Source: a virus (Duplodnaviria; Caudoviricetes). Taken from it: 54,265 bases of DNA. The DNA lies in IMG/VR virus record IMGVR_UViG_3300044471_000002, positions 1 through 54,265 of that record; one strand, 5' to 3'. This document shows positions 42,668 to 51,859 of the stretch, piece by piece. Each line of letters starts with the position of its first letter. Position 1 is the stretch's first letter. The notes under the pieces are model-generated. The model worked only from the letters and a program-made list of their open reading frames with translations. It searched no databases and had not been told where the DNA came from. Position numbers and translations under genes: made by a program.

Positions 42668-44367
42668 TACCCAAGCTAAGAGACTACCAGCAGAAGGCTA
42701 TCGACGACATTTACCTGGAGTGGGAGTCGGGCAACCGCTTCGTCGTGCTGGTCATGCCGACCGGCTCCGGCAAGTCCGTCACGCTGTCAGAGGTGGCCCG
42801 ACGCGAGCAAGCGCGTGGGCAGACCGTGCTGATACTGGCGCACCGGCAGGAGCTTATAACCCAGCTCAGTGACACCCTGGCGCGTAATGAGGTGTACCAT
42901 GGCATCATAGCGGCGGCGCGTACCGTGGCCTACGCTGCGCAACTCCACATCGAGAATTATGGTCGGTGCTTTCGCAACACCCTCAACCCCACTGTGTTTG
43001 TCGGGTCGGTGCAGTCAGTCAAAGAGCACGACATCAAGCGGTTTGTCGCCATGGGCAGCCGCGTAACCGTCATTCAAGATGAGTTTCACCATGCCACCAA
43101 GGGCTCCAAGACGTGGGGACGCATCCTCACACCGCTGGACGAGGCTGGGGCACGCGGTCTCGGCCCGACCGCCACGCCTTGCCGCTCTGACGGCCAAGGG
43201 CTGTCCCGCGAGACAGATGGCTATGGCGATGTGATCGTCGAAGGCCCGACGATGCGCGACCTCATTCGCAAAGGCCACTTGAGCGACTACCGCATATTCT
43301 GCCCGCCTACTGATATTGACCTATCGCTCGTCCACGTCAGCCAGCGCACCGGGGACTTCGTAGAGAAGGAACTCAAGTCGGAAGTCGGCAAGGGGTCCAA
43401 GATTGTTGGCGAGATTGTAAGCCACTACCTGCAGATTTGCCCCGGCAAGCGCGGCATCACCTTTACTGTGGGGGTGGATACGGCGGAAGAAGTGGCCGAG
43501 CAGTACCGGTCGATGGGGGTGCCTGCTGTCTCGCTGTCGGGCAACACGCCGGACGCCGAGCGCGTACAGGCTATCCGCGACCTCAAGGCAGGCAAGCTGC
43601 TGATGATCGTCAATGACTCGCTGATTGGCGAGGGTGTGGATATCCCTGCCGTTGAAGTGGTGCTGTTCGCCCGCCCGACGCAGTCATATAGCCTCTACAT
43701 CCAGATGTTCGGCAGGGCGCTGCGGCCAAGCGAGGGGAAAACCCACGCGTTTATCATAGATGCAGTGGGCAACGTCCAGCGGTTCATCTCTCTGGGCCGT
43801 GGGCTGCCAGACACGCCGCAGACTTGGACGCTCGATCGCCGGGAGAAGCGCGGCAAGTCCAAAGCCACGCCTGCCGATGTGCTCAAGCTGACCACCTGCC
43901 ACGAGTGCTTTGCGGCCTATGAGAGCAGTGAGGCCAGTTGCCCGTGGTGTGGTGCTGTGCCGCCTGCCGCTCTGGCGCGTGGGCCTGAGCGCATTGATGG
44001 CGACCTGGCGGAGATGCCGGCCGATTTGCTGGCACGTCTGCGCGGCGAGCGTGACCGTATCGACGAGAGTCCAGAAGCTGTGCGTCAGCGCATGCTGGCA
44101 GCCGGGGCTCCTGCTGTTGTGGCTGCCAGTGCTGCCAAGGCTATCCGTGTGCGGGCGGACGCTCAGGCCACGCTGCGCACCAGGATCGCGCTGTGGGGAG
44201 CGCAACTGGAGTCGGCGGGGCTGAGCGTAGCGGAGTCGCAAATAGAATTTAAGCGCGAGTTCGGGGTGGATGTATTGAGCGCCCAGATACTCGGTACGCG
44301 GGAAGCCACGGAGTTGAGCACGAGGGTGATGGTAGGCTTGGCAAAAATGGGCTTGACGATAGAGTAA
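42664..44367 (+). CDS. SF2 (DEAD/H-like) helicase
   Basis: LRDYQ, PTGSGKS, DEFHH, TATP, EGVDIP, QMFGRALR; C-terminal Zn finger. Confidence 0.95.
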   Translation: MIPKLRDYQQKAIDDIYLEWESGNRFVVLVMPTGSGKSVTLSEVARREQARGQTVLILAHRQELITQLSDTLARNEVYHGIIAAARTVAYAAQLHIENYGRCFRNTLNPTVFVGSVQSVKEHDIKRFVAMGSRVTVIQDEFHHATKGSKTWGRILTPLDEAGARGLGPTATPCRSDGQGLSRETDGYGDVIVEGPTMRDLIRKGHLSDYRIFCPPTDIDLSLVHVSQRTGDFVEKELKSEVGKGSKIVGEIVSHYLQICPGKRGITFTVGVDTAEEVAEQYRSMGVPAVSLSGNTPDAERVQAIRDLKAGKLLMIVNDSLIGEGVDIPAVEVVLFARPTQSYSLYIQMFGRALRPSEGKTHAFIIDAVGNVQRFISLGRGLPDTPQTWTLDRREKRGKSKATPADVLKLTTCHECFAAYESSEASCPWCGAVPPAALARGPERIDGDLAEMPADLLARLRGERDRIDESPEAVRQRMLAAGAPAVVAASAAKAIRVRADAQATLRTRIALWGAQLESAGLSVAESQIEFKREFGVDVLSAQILGTREATELSTRVMVGLAKMGLTIE

Positions 44368-44408
44368 GATATAATTATCTTAAAGGTGTGGGCCGCATTG
44401 GGTGGCCA
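44353..44408 (+). promoter_or_regulatory. Sigma70 promoter, ATAATTAT box and GC hairpin
   Basis: TTGACG-17-TATCTT; nearly identical to 8764-8820. Confidence 0.8.
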
Positions 44409-44426
44409 GAGTAACCGAGGTGTCTC

Positions 44427-44807
44427 ATGGATAATTTTGGCCTGCACGACCAAGCGCAACAACTCGCCGATACACGCTCGGCCTACTCGCTGGCGCGGGA
44501 GCTGCTGGAGCTTAAGGCTAGCCAGATAGCGTGGCGTAATACTGGGTCTCCTAACGGCTTGCGCCGTTTCATGACTCAGAAACAATACGCCGCGCAGACG
44601 CCCGGCGTGCAAAAGTGGTACGAGCCTATTACTGTGCCGGAAGGCTGGCAGTTGGTGCCTATAGAGCCTACCCAAGAAATGGTCAAGGCTGTTGAGAACT
44701 ACAGGGTGGAAACGTGGGATGGCGGTGAGTGGACCAGCAGCAAAAAGGCCATTGGCATATATCACGATATGCTAGCCGCAGCACCCAAACCGGAGCCTAC
44801 CAAATGA
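44427..44807 (+). CDS. Hypothetical phage protein (Eaa/DUF551-associated segment)
   Basis: VPEGWQLVPIEPTQEM...Y..MLAAAPK. Confidence 0.75.
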   Translation: MDNFGLHDQAQQLADTRSAYSLARELLELKASQIAWRNTGSPNGLRRFMTQKQYAAQTPGVQKWYEPITVPEGWQLVPIEPTQEMVKAVENYRVETWDGGEWTSSKKAIGIYHDMLAAAPKPEPTK

Positions 44808-45250
44808 CCCGCATCAATCTTATCACCCCAGCCTTGCTGACCAATAAGCAGTTGTTGGCCGAGTACCGCGAGCTGCCGCGCATTATCAACCGTGTGGCAG
44901 CTGGCAACAAGCTGTGGTTTCTGCACATTGCGATCCGTAAAGAGCTGGGCCGCCGTCACGCCGTGTACCCTGACCGGTTCAAAGGACCTTATGTGATTTG
45001 CACCAAGGCAGCTTGGCATCAAGCCATCGCCACCCAGCCCTACGAGTGCCGGGACTGGACGCCGAGCAAGCGTGACATTCTGGTGGCTATGGGCCGACTG
45101 GTAGAGCGCCAGATGGGCTACAAGACTCCCGACCGCTGGGGTGACCGGATTATCACGCCGGCCACGGTCTGGCAGGTCTGGGCGCAGAATGTCGCATGCG
45201 TGCTGGGTATTAGCGACGAGGTGCGGGGTATGCTGCCATGCCAAGCGTAA
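44804..45250 (+). CDS. denV: Pyrimidine-dimer glycosylase / endonuclease V-like protein
   Basis: MTRINL.....L...LLAEYRELPR matches the T4 endonuclease V N-terminus; later NKL.FL and DW.P segments. Confidence 0.7.
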   Translation: MTRINLITPALLTNKQLLAEYRELPRIINRVAAGNKLWFLHIAIRKELGRRHAVYPDRFKGPYVICTKAAWHQAIATQPYECRDWTPSKRDILVAMGRLVERQMGYKTPDRWGDRIITPATVWQVWAQNVACVLGISDEVRGMLPCQA

Positions 45251-45633
45251 TGTCAGAATATAAGCGCCGCGTGGTCATGCAGGGTAAAGGCCGCATCAAC
45301 TGCACGGGCGTGACGTTCGAGCACTGGAGCGACCGGGATATGGACGGTGATGAGAGGGTGTCTCGCTGCTGGCATAAGGTAGGCGCTATGCTGATGCCAT
45401 GTCCTGCCAAGATGCGCGAGATTGCCATGAGCAAGCCGTGGCGCTGGCAGGTAACGCTGATGGTACGGCTGCCGGGCGGCGCGATTGAGCGCGTCGAGGT
45501 CACGTTCAACCAGGCGCTGCGCATTGAGGAGCTTGATGACCCCATGCGCGGCTATCGAGACGAGTTACTTGCCGAGTGGCCGGATAGGCTGGCTGACGGG
45601 TGGCGAGCAGTAATTGTGGGAGCCCCGATATGA
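45238..45633 (+). CDS. Hypothetical protein
   Basis: Coupled ORF, 131 aa. Confidence 0.7.
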   Translation: MPSVMSEYKRRVVMQGKGRINCTGVTFEHWSDRDMDGDERVSRCWHKVGAMLMPCPAKMREIAMSKPWRWQVTLMVRLPGGAIERVEVTFNQALRIEELDDPMRGYRDELLAEWPDRLADGWRAVIVGAPI

Positions 45634-45941
45634 AAATTAAAGCAGACAAGTACGAGTTTATTTTCGATGAGCATACTGGAAACCTTGAGATTCACCGTCA
45701 CGGTGAGCCGTGGCGCAAGGAGACCGGAGACGGTGCTCTGCTGGCCTTGATGCAACGGTGCGAGGAGCTTAGCACTAGCCGAAGTGAGGAAGATGAGCGC
45801 ACGGCTTTTGAGCTCGAAGCTTACGACCCATGCAGCCTGAACGATTTTGGCGGAGGAAATGTCGCTTGGTGGCATGATTACCTACGCGCAGAACTAGAGA
45901 GGGCCCACGATTTCTATCAGTCACAAGTGGGTGAGCTATGA
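45630..45941 (+). CDS. Hypothetical protein
   Basis: GGAG RBS; LNDFGGGNVAWWHDYLRAELERAHDFYQ. Confidence 0.75.
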   Translation: MKIKADKYEFIFDEHTGNLEIHRHGEPWRKETGDGALLALMQRCEELSTSRSEEDERTAFELEAYDPCSLNDFGGGNVAWWHDYLRAELERAHDFYQSQVGEL

Positions 45942-46420
45942 CCACCAGCCTCCTACGTTGGGCCACCAAGCACTCTATCCCCGCCGCAGCGCTTGCCGAA
46001 CTGCAAGCCATGTTGTGGCCTACTCCGGTAGCGAATGGCCTGTCAGGCGAGGCGGCGGTGCAGCAGCAGATACGGGCAGCCGCTCCGCATCACGGCATAC
46101 TGTGGCGTAACAACTCAGGAGCCCTCAAAGACGAGCGGGGCGTGCCGGTGCGCTTCGGCCTCGGCAATGACAGCGCGGCAGTGAATGCGCTCATCAAGTC
46201 CAGTGACCTGATAGGTATCACCCGCGTCACGGTCACAGCTGCGCACGTAGGTCGAGTGCTGGGGGTATTTACCGCCGTGGAGGTCAAAGCGCCTGGTTGG
46301 CGGCAACCAACCAACGACCGGGAATGGGCGCAGGCCAATTTTATCCGACTGGCGAGGCAGCACGGAGCGCTGGCAGGCTTCGCGGCGGATGTGTCACACT
46401 ACCGCCAGCTTGTTGACTAG
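45938..46420 (+). CDS. VRR-NUC domain nuclease
   Basis: E..VQ..IR...LWRNNSG...VRFGL...SSDLIG...AVEVK...Q.NF......G..AGF. Confidence 0.9.
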   Translation: MTTSLLRWATKHSIPAAALAELQAMLWPTPVANGLSGEAAVQQQIRAAAPHHGILWRNNSGALKDERGVPVRFGLGNDSAAVNALIKSSDLIGITRVTVTAAHVGRVLGVFTAVEVKAPGWRQPTNDREWAQANFIRLARQHGALAGFAADVSHYRQLVD

Positions 46421-46474
46421 CTGCCACATGCGGCGCTATCTTATAAATAATTTTAACCACTGAGGGATTTTACG

Positions 46475-46717
46475 ATGGCTAAATTACTCGATCTGCTCGT
46501 CGCTGCGGAGGGCTTCGTGCCCGTTGCTGGGCGAGTCTATGCGCAGGACTACGGGTGCTCAGTTTGGGGCTTCTCTAGCCCCGAATTCGACAAGCACTCC
46601 AAATCTTGGAACAGTGAGGACCCCGCTTACTGTGGACGGGTCCGCTACCAAGCAGATGACTACCAGACCGCCATTTTCACCGCCGAGGCTATCTTGGAGG
46701 CGCGTGCATGTCAGTAG
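46475..46717 (+). CDS. Hypothetical protein
   Basis: GAGGG RBS; promoter-like TTGACT(46413)...TATCTT(46437) upstream. Confidence 0.7.
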   Translation: MAKLLDLLVAAEGFVPVAGRVYAQDYGCSVWGFSSPEFDKHSKSWNSEDPAYCGRVRYQADDYQTAIFTAEAILEARACQ

Positions 46718-49065
46718 CAGCAGCCCTCTCGTCTGGGCTCGCTCCGCTGACGGCTTACCAGCAGTTTGTCTGCTGGGAGCTGCGCAGCCGTGACGGCAAG
46801 AAGCCCACCAAAGTACCCATCAACCCTCGCACCGGTGGCATGGCGTCAAGCGTCAACTCGGCCACATGGAGCGACCACACGACCGCCATCCACTACGCCA
46901 GCCAGCACCCAGGAATGGGCGTCGGCTTTGTCTTTACCGACAATGACCCGTTCGTGTTTGTGGACATTGACAACTGCCGCTTGCCAGACGGCCAGTGGTC
47001 TCCGCTGGCCATCAAGCTCTGCACGGAGTTTGTTGGCGGCTTTGTGGAAGTCTCCCAGTCTGGTAATGGGCTACACATTATTGCCCGAGGCAAGCGGCCA
47101 GCAGACCATGCCTGCAAGGCGGAAGGGTTCGATCTCTACTCGACTATGCGGTTTGTTGCCCTCACAGGTCTCGGGTGCAATGGGTCCGCCGATGCAGACC
47201 ACACGGCCACCACAGATCGCATCGTGCGCTCCTACATGGCGCCGGACACCGAGAAGCTCTCCATCGCCGACTGGACCGACGAGCCCTGCGAGGGCTGGGC
47301 CGGTACCGAAGATGATGACGAGCTCATCGCCATCGCGCTGGGCAGTAAGTCGCTGCGAGCGGCCTTTACCGGCGGCGTGACCTTTGCCGACCTGTGGCAT
47401 GCCAATGAAGATGCGCTGGGGCACGCATACCCACACGACCAAGGCACCGAGCCTTTTGACCGGTCGCGAGCCGACTCGGCGCTGGTGCAACATCTCGCCT
47501 TCTATACAGGCAAGAATGCGGAGCGTATCGATCGCCTCTTCCGCCAGTCGGCACTCATGCGGGATAAGTGGGAAGACCGGGACGACTACCGGACCGGCAC
47601 CATCCTGCGTGCCATCTCGCTGCAGGGTGAGGTATATAAGTCCAAAGGAGCCCGTACCGCCGAGGCCGTTGCCGTGGTGACTGCACCGGCTGCTCCTGTG
47701 GCTACCAATGCGCGCCCAGCCATTCAGCCCGGCATGGCCACCTTTACTAAAGACCACTTGCCGAACGCGGCAACGTTCATGCAATGCTTTTACCCAGGCG
47801 GCTCGCTGGCTCGGGTAGACGAGGAGATGTACCGCTGGACAGGTAAGGTGTGGGAAGTTGTCAGCAAGCCGGAACTTGAGCATGAGCTGACTGTGGCCAT
47901 GTCTCACAGCACGCCCCAGAAAGATGTGGTGAACGGCACGCTCTCCATGCTGTGCGCTCTTGTCCACAAGCCGGGGCTCACGCTGGGGGACTACCCGGGC
48001 AAGCAGCCTGGGCGCTTGGTGCACTTTGATAATGGCATCCTCGATCTGGATTCCATGTCATTGAGCCCGCATGACCCCAGCTGGTTCTCTACCAACATCC
48101 TGCCGTACGCCTATACGACTGGCGCCGGTTGCCAGCACTGGCAGCAATTCCTCTCCTCCATCTTTGAAGGAGATGAACAGCGCGTGCAGCTCCTGCAGGA
48201 GTGGTTTGGCTACATGCTGGTGCGCTCCTACGAGCACCAGAAGGGAATGCTGATGATTGGAGCTCCTCGCTCGGGTAAAGGCACCATTGGCCGTATCCTG
48301 CGCGAGATGGTGGGTCCGTTCAACTTCTCGGGCGTGTCGCTGGATGGCTTTGCGTCTGACCCTGTGCTGGACGCTATATCTGACAAGCCGGTGGTGTTTG
48401 TGGGCGATGCCCGCACGGTTGACCATGGCAGCCGCTCCAAAGTGTTGGCCCGCATCCTGGAGATCATCGGGCAGGATGAGGTGTCGTTTAACCGGAAGTG
48501 GATACGCAAGGCACACAATAGCTCCATGCCATGCCGCATTACTATTGCTGCTAACGGCGTGCCGGAGTTTCTCGACCACAGTGGTGCCCTGTCCGAGCGT
48601 CTGCTTATCCTGCCGTTCAACAAGTCCTTTGCCGGACGGGAAGACCCGTACCTCAAAGACAAGCTGCTGCAGGAGCTGCCAGGAATTTGCTGCTGGGCGA
48701 TTGCCGGGCTGCAACGTCTGCGTGCTCAAGGACGGTTTACCGATGTGGCAGCGGCTGCAGTGGAGCGTGAGGACATGCAGTCTATCCAGAGCCCGCTGCA
48801 CGACTTCGCGGCGTTGTGCCTGTCATTCACACCTGACGCCAAGGTATCTACGGAAGACCTATATCAGGCCTATGTGGCTTACTGCATCCGCAATGGGCAG
48901 TACAAGGTAGGGCGCAACAAGCTGGTCTCCGAGATGCGCACGGCTTTTCGTGGCCGCATCGAGAAGCGCCCAATCCGGTTCGACGGGGTGAGCAAGCAGG
49001 GCTTCACGGGCGTGGGGCTCAGGCCAGACGCCGACATGGGCGTGGCGCCGCATTTGGTGGCATAA
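46708..49065 (+). CDS. Primase-polymerase (NrS-1-like) fused to D5/SF3 helicase
   Basis: FVDID, EVSQSGNGLH, S.AD.AL..HLAFYTG, LMRDKW, F.NG.LD, GAPRSGKGT, C-terminal wHTH. Confidence 0.93.
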   Translation: MSVAAALSSGLAPLTAYQQFVCWELRSRDGKKPTKVPINPRTGGMASSVNSATWSDHTTAIHYASQHPGMGVGFVFTDNDPFVFVDIDNCRLPDGQWSPLAIKLCTEFVGGFVEVSQSGNGLHIIARGKRPADHACKAEGFDLYSTMRFVALTGLGCNGSADADHTATTDRIVRSYMAPDTEKLSIADWTDEPCEGWAGTEDDDELIAIALGSKSLRAAFTGGVTFADLWHANEDALGHAYPHDQGTEPFDRSRADSALVQHLAFYTGKNAERIDRLFRQSALMRDKWEDRDDYRTGTILRAISLQGEVYKSKGARTAEAVAVVTAPAAPVATNARPAIQPGMATFTKDHLPNAATFMQCFYPGGSLARVDEEMYRWTGKVWEVVSKPELEHELTVAMSHSTPQKDVVNGTLSMLCALVHKPGLTLGDYPGKQPGRLVHFDNGILDLDSMSLSPHDPSWFSTNILPYAYTTGAGCQHWQQFLSSIFEGDEQRVQLLQEWFGYMLVRSYEHQKGMLMIGAPRSGKGTIGRILREMVGPFNFSGVSLDGFASDPVLDAISDKPVVFVGDARTVDHGSRSKVLARILEIIGQDEVSFNRKWIRKAHNSSMPCRITIAANGVPEFLDHSGALSERLLILPFNKSFAGREDPYLKDKLLQELPGICCWAIAGLQRLRAQGRFTDVAAAAVEREDMQSIQSPLHDFAALCLSFTPDAKVSTEDLYQAYVAYCIRNGQYKVGRNKLVSEMRTAFRGRIEKRPIRFDGVSKQGFTGVGLRPDADMGVAPHLVA

Positions 49066-49068
49066 ATA

Positions 49069-49097
49069 AGAGCCTCGCAGACGCGGGGCTTTTTATT
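49069..49097 (+). terminator. Rho-independent terminator
   Basis: AGCCTCGC-AGAC-GCGGGGCTTTTTATT. Confidence 0.85.
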
Positions 49098-49099
49098 GC

Positions 49100-49157
49100 T
49101 TGACGGTAAGGTAAGAGATAATTATATTAATCGTGTGGGTTGCATAGGGCGGCTCGT
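49100..49157 (+). promoter_or_regulatory. Sigma70 promoter, ATAATTAT box and GC hairpin
   Basis: TTGACG-17-TATATT; GGGTTGCATAGGGCGGCTC. Confidence 0.75.
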
Positions 49158-49173
49158 TGAGAGGGTAGAGGCC

Positions 49174-49536
49174 ATGACGAGACGATACAGGTACGTCGAC
49201 TTGGTGACTGAGGAAGGCGTCGAGCTGTACATCGAAGAGTGGACAGAGTTGAAGAAGACACCGCGCGGGGCGTGGGTCCAGAGGTTCTACATGGGGTGCA
49301 GCACCGGCAAGAAGCGTTTCGTACTTGATGGGTCGGGGCGCCGCCTTTGCCACCAAAACAAGGAGCAAGCGTGGGGGTCTTTCAAGCTGCGCAAGAAATG
49401 GCAAGCTAGCCGGGCGCAATCACAACTAGACCGAGCGAAATACGCAATCGAGCAGATCGCTAACTTCAAGTCTGCTCCGACTGGTAGCCTGGTTCTCGGC
49501 AAGCCGGATTTCTGGCGCTCCTACGTGTTCGACTAG
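49174..49536 (+). CDS. Hypothetical protein
   Basis: KKTPRGAWV...KRFVL motif; has its own promoter and terminator. Confidence 0.8.
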   Translation: MTRRYRYVDLVTEEGVELYIEEWTELKKTPRGAWVQRFYMGCSTGKKRFVLDGSGRRLCHQNKEQAWGSFKLRKKWQASRAQSQLDRAKYAIEQIANFKSAPTGSLVLGKPDFWRSYVFD

Positions 49537-49542
49537 CTCAAC

Positions 49543-49570
49543 GGCCCACCTAGTGCGGGCTTTCTTTTAT
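49543..49570 (+). terminator. Rho-independent terminator
   Basis: GCCC-ACCTAGTGC-GGGC followed by TTTCTTTT. Confidence 0.7.
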
Positions 49571-49791
49571 GCACTTCTCGCCAACCACCAGCAGCACAAT
49601 CTCCCGTCCTTAAATAAGCAGCAGAGTTTTATCGCGTCTATAAATAAGCGACGATTGGCTAATCGCGTTTGCCGTCTCTGACAGCATTTAATTCTAAAAC
49701 CCACTATTTTGAATAGAAATGCACTTTTGCAACTGTAGCAAAGTGTTGCATTCGGGTGAGCGCTTCACTTCCACGCGGCTCCATTTGGGCA

Positions 49792-50021
49792 TCTCTTATT
49801 TAAGGAAATTTTACTTATTTTAAGCATAAATAAGAGATACCTAAATGGCTCTCTTGAGCCTGAAACTGATACACCTACTGAATCAGCTAAACCCCTAATT
49901 TATAAGGCTTTTTCAGAAGCTATATTACTTATTATTTAATAATATAATAATAATAATAGTATATATAAAGACTATAGAAACCTTAGAAAAAGAACTAGGG
50001 TCCTTTGAAGTGATACAGTGA
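49792..50021. repeat. AT-rich origin-like element, copy B (candidate replication origin)
   Basis: Repeat of 11106-11334; non-coding, downstream of the primase-helicase gene; includes inverted repeat ATCTCTTATTTA...TAAATAAGAGAT. Confidence 0.9.
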
Positions 50022-50104
50022 AGCAGCTATTCATGCACTATTCATTCATGCAGCCGAGGTGGCTTGCGTGGTATACTGACAGCACTACCAGCAACTAGGA
50101 GCGC

Positions 50105-50758
50105 GTGACCATGACGCCGCAAGAAGAAGCGCTGTCCAAGCTGTCAGCGCCAGAGCAAACTTTCGTAAAGCTGTGGGCCGCAAGACATGTAGTCGGGCTG
50201 CCTCGCTACAAATGCTACAAGGAAGCGTTTGAATGCCCCCAAATTGCCGATTCGACGGCGAGCCATTACTCATGGCGCCTCTTGCGTGACGAACGCATCC
50301 TAGAGGCTCTCAGGGCCCTTCAGTGCGAGACAGCAAAACGCACGATCGCCAGCAACGAGGAAATCAAGGAAGAGCTGACCGCCATCCTGACCGGGTACGG
50401 CTCGCTGTTCGTGGACTTGACCGTCCAGGAAGTGCGACCGGACGATGACGGCGAGTACCGAGTGGCTTACTTGGTGGAAGACCCCGCAGACATCCCGCAA
50501 GAGATGCTGCGCTTCGTCAAGAAGTTCCGGCCCGAGCCGGACGGCCGGTACGAGCTGGAATTTAACGTCATCAGCGAGGCGGCTAAAGACCGGCTGAGGG
50601 CGGCTGAGCTGCTGGGCAAAATGCAAGGCGGTTTTGTGGAGCGTGTGGAGCATTCCGGCGTGGTGGGTTCTGTGACGGCCAGCTTGCCGCCATCAGACGC
50701 CTCGATCGAGGATTTCACCAAGATGTACCGAGAAATGTTGACAGCCGCGCAGAAGTAG
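50105..50758 (+). CDS. terS: Terminase small subunit
   Basis: N-terminal HTH (Y..AF...A....RLL....I); DRLRAAELLGK..G.F.ERVEHSG; AGGAG RBS; extended -10 CGTGGTATACT at 50067. Confidence 0.85.
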   Translation: MTMTPQEEALSKLSAPEQTFVKLWAARHVVGLPRYKCYKEAFECPQIADSTASHYSWRLLRDERILEALRALQCETAKRTIASNEEIKEELTAILTGYGSLFVDLTVQEVRPDDDGEYRVAYLVEDPADIPQEMLRFVKKFRPEPDGRYELEFNVISEAAKDRLRAAELLGKMQGGFVERVEHSGVVGSVTASLPPSDASIEDFTKMYREMLTAAQK

Positions 50759-50810
50759 AAGATATTTATCTCAACGGCTGCATAGGGCGGCCGATTGAGA
50801 GGACTGTGAG

Positions 50811-51218
50811 ATGAGTGAGCAACTAGACTGGCTGGCGCGTAACGTGCACGAGTGGGGCAAATACTGCGGCAAGTGGATTCCCGAGGATGTTATAGGAAAG
50901 CTGCGGTTTGATGGAGACTTGGCCCTTATCGAGCCTAAAGTCTGCGCTCCGTTCCACGTAACCCGCCAGCAATGGATCGACCGCCGCGCAGAGCTGCAGG
51001 GCAAGCCGAGCTGGGCAGACGCGCCGGAGTGGGCTGAGTGGCTGGGGCAAGTAGAGAGCGGCATGTGGGAGTGGTATGAAGGGCAAGAAGCCCCTGGGGT
51101 TCACCCAGATGCTGACTGCTGGGCCCACCAGGAGCGCGGACAGTACTCCACAAAACATGGCGAAGTTCTCGGCGACTGGCGCTCACGCTGGAGCGCCGAC
51201 CGGCTAGCCTCGGCGTGA
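50811..51218 (+). CDS. Hypothetical protein (possibly the N-part of a frameshifted gene)
   Basis: GAGGA RBS; KPSWADAPEWAEWL.Q...G.W.W; promoter and hairpin module at 50738-50794. Confidence 0.75.
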   Translation: MSEQLDWLARNVHEWGKYCGKWIPEDVIGKLRFDGDLALIEPKVCAPFHVTRQQWIDRRAELQGKPSWADAPEWAEWLGQVESGMWEWYEGQEAPGVHPDADCWAHQERGQYSTKHGEVLGDWRSRWSADRLASA

Positions 51219-51859
51219 GCGCCGGTGAGGCCGCCGCTGGGTTTGCAGCTGTGGGCGATGCGATACGTGACAAGAAGGCAGCCCCAACTAAGCGAGATTT
51301 CCGTAACTCCGTCAAGGCTCTGAGCGCTAAGCTCGATGATTTGGCCGTCGAGCCGCCGCTTAGCCGTGCCGACGCGCTGCGCTGGGCGGTCGAGAACGTC
51401 AAGACGTGGCCTGCCGATAAGTCTGATAGCGCGCCAACAGGTCGGGAGTGGCAGCAGTGTAGCGGTATGCTGTACCTGCAGCGGAACGGGGACCCGCTTA
51501 TCAGCATGCTGGAGTGGGGCGCCTGGGTGGCGAAGCAGCGTCAGACCGAAGAGTTTGTGACCAAGCTGCAATCTGGCTTCCAGCCGCTTACCAGCCTTGA
51601 AGACTCCGAGCCCGCCACGCTGCACACCGTCCACCACGCGGCCTTCCTGCACCACGACTGCCAGCTCTTGCTGAACGAGCCGGAGCTTGTGGTCTTCCGC
51701 ACCGCTGACGGCGAGCTGTTGCACTGCAAGCCCAAGGAGTGCCTGATTGACCCAGACCCGTACGGCCTGGCGGCTCGCCTGCTGTCCGACATGTCTGGCT
51801 GCACCGTGGCGCCGGAGCATATCCGGGAGCTGGCGGAACAGATGGGGTGGGCGGTATGA
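51215..51859 (+). CDS. Hypothetical protein (possibly the C-part of the same gene)
   Basis: No clear RBS; frame is open upstream to at least 51182. Confidence 0.65.
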   Translation: MSAGEAAAGFAAVGDAIRDKKAAPTKRDFRNSVKALSAKLDDLAVEPPLSRADALRWAVENVKTWPADKSDSAPTGREWQQCSGMLYLQRNGDPLISMLEWGAWVAKQRQTEEFVTKLQSGFQPLTSLEDSEPATLHTVHHAAFLHHDCQLLLNEPELVVFRTADGELLHCKPKECLIDPDPYGLAARLLSDMSGCTVAPEHIRELAEQMGWAV

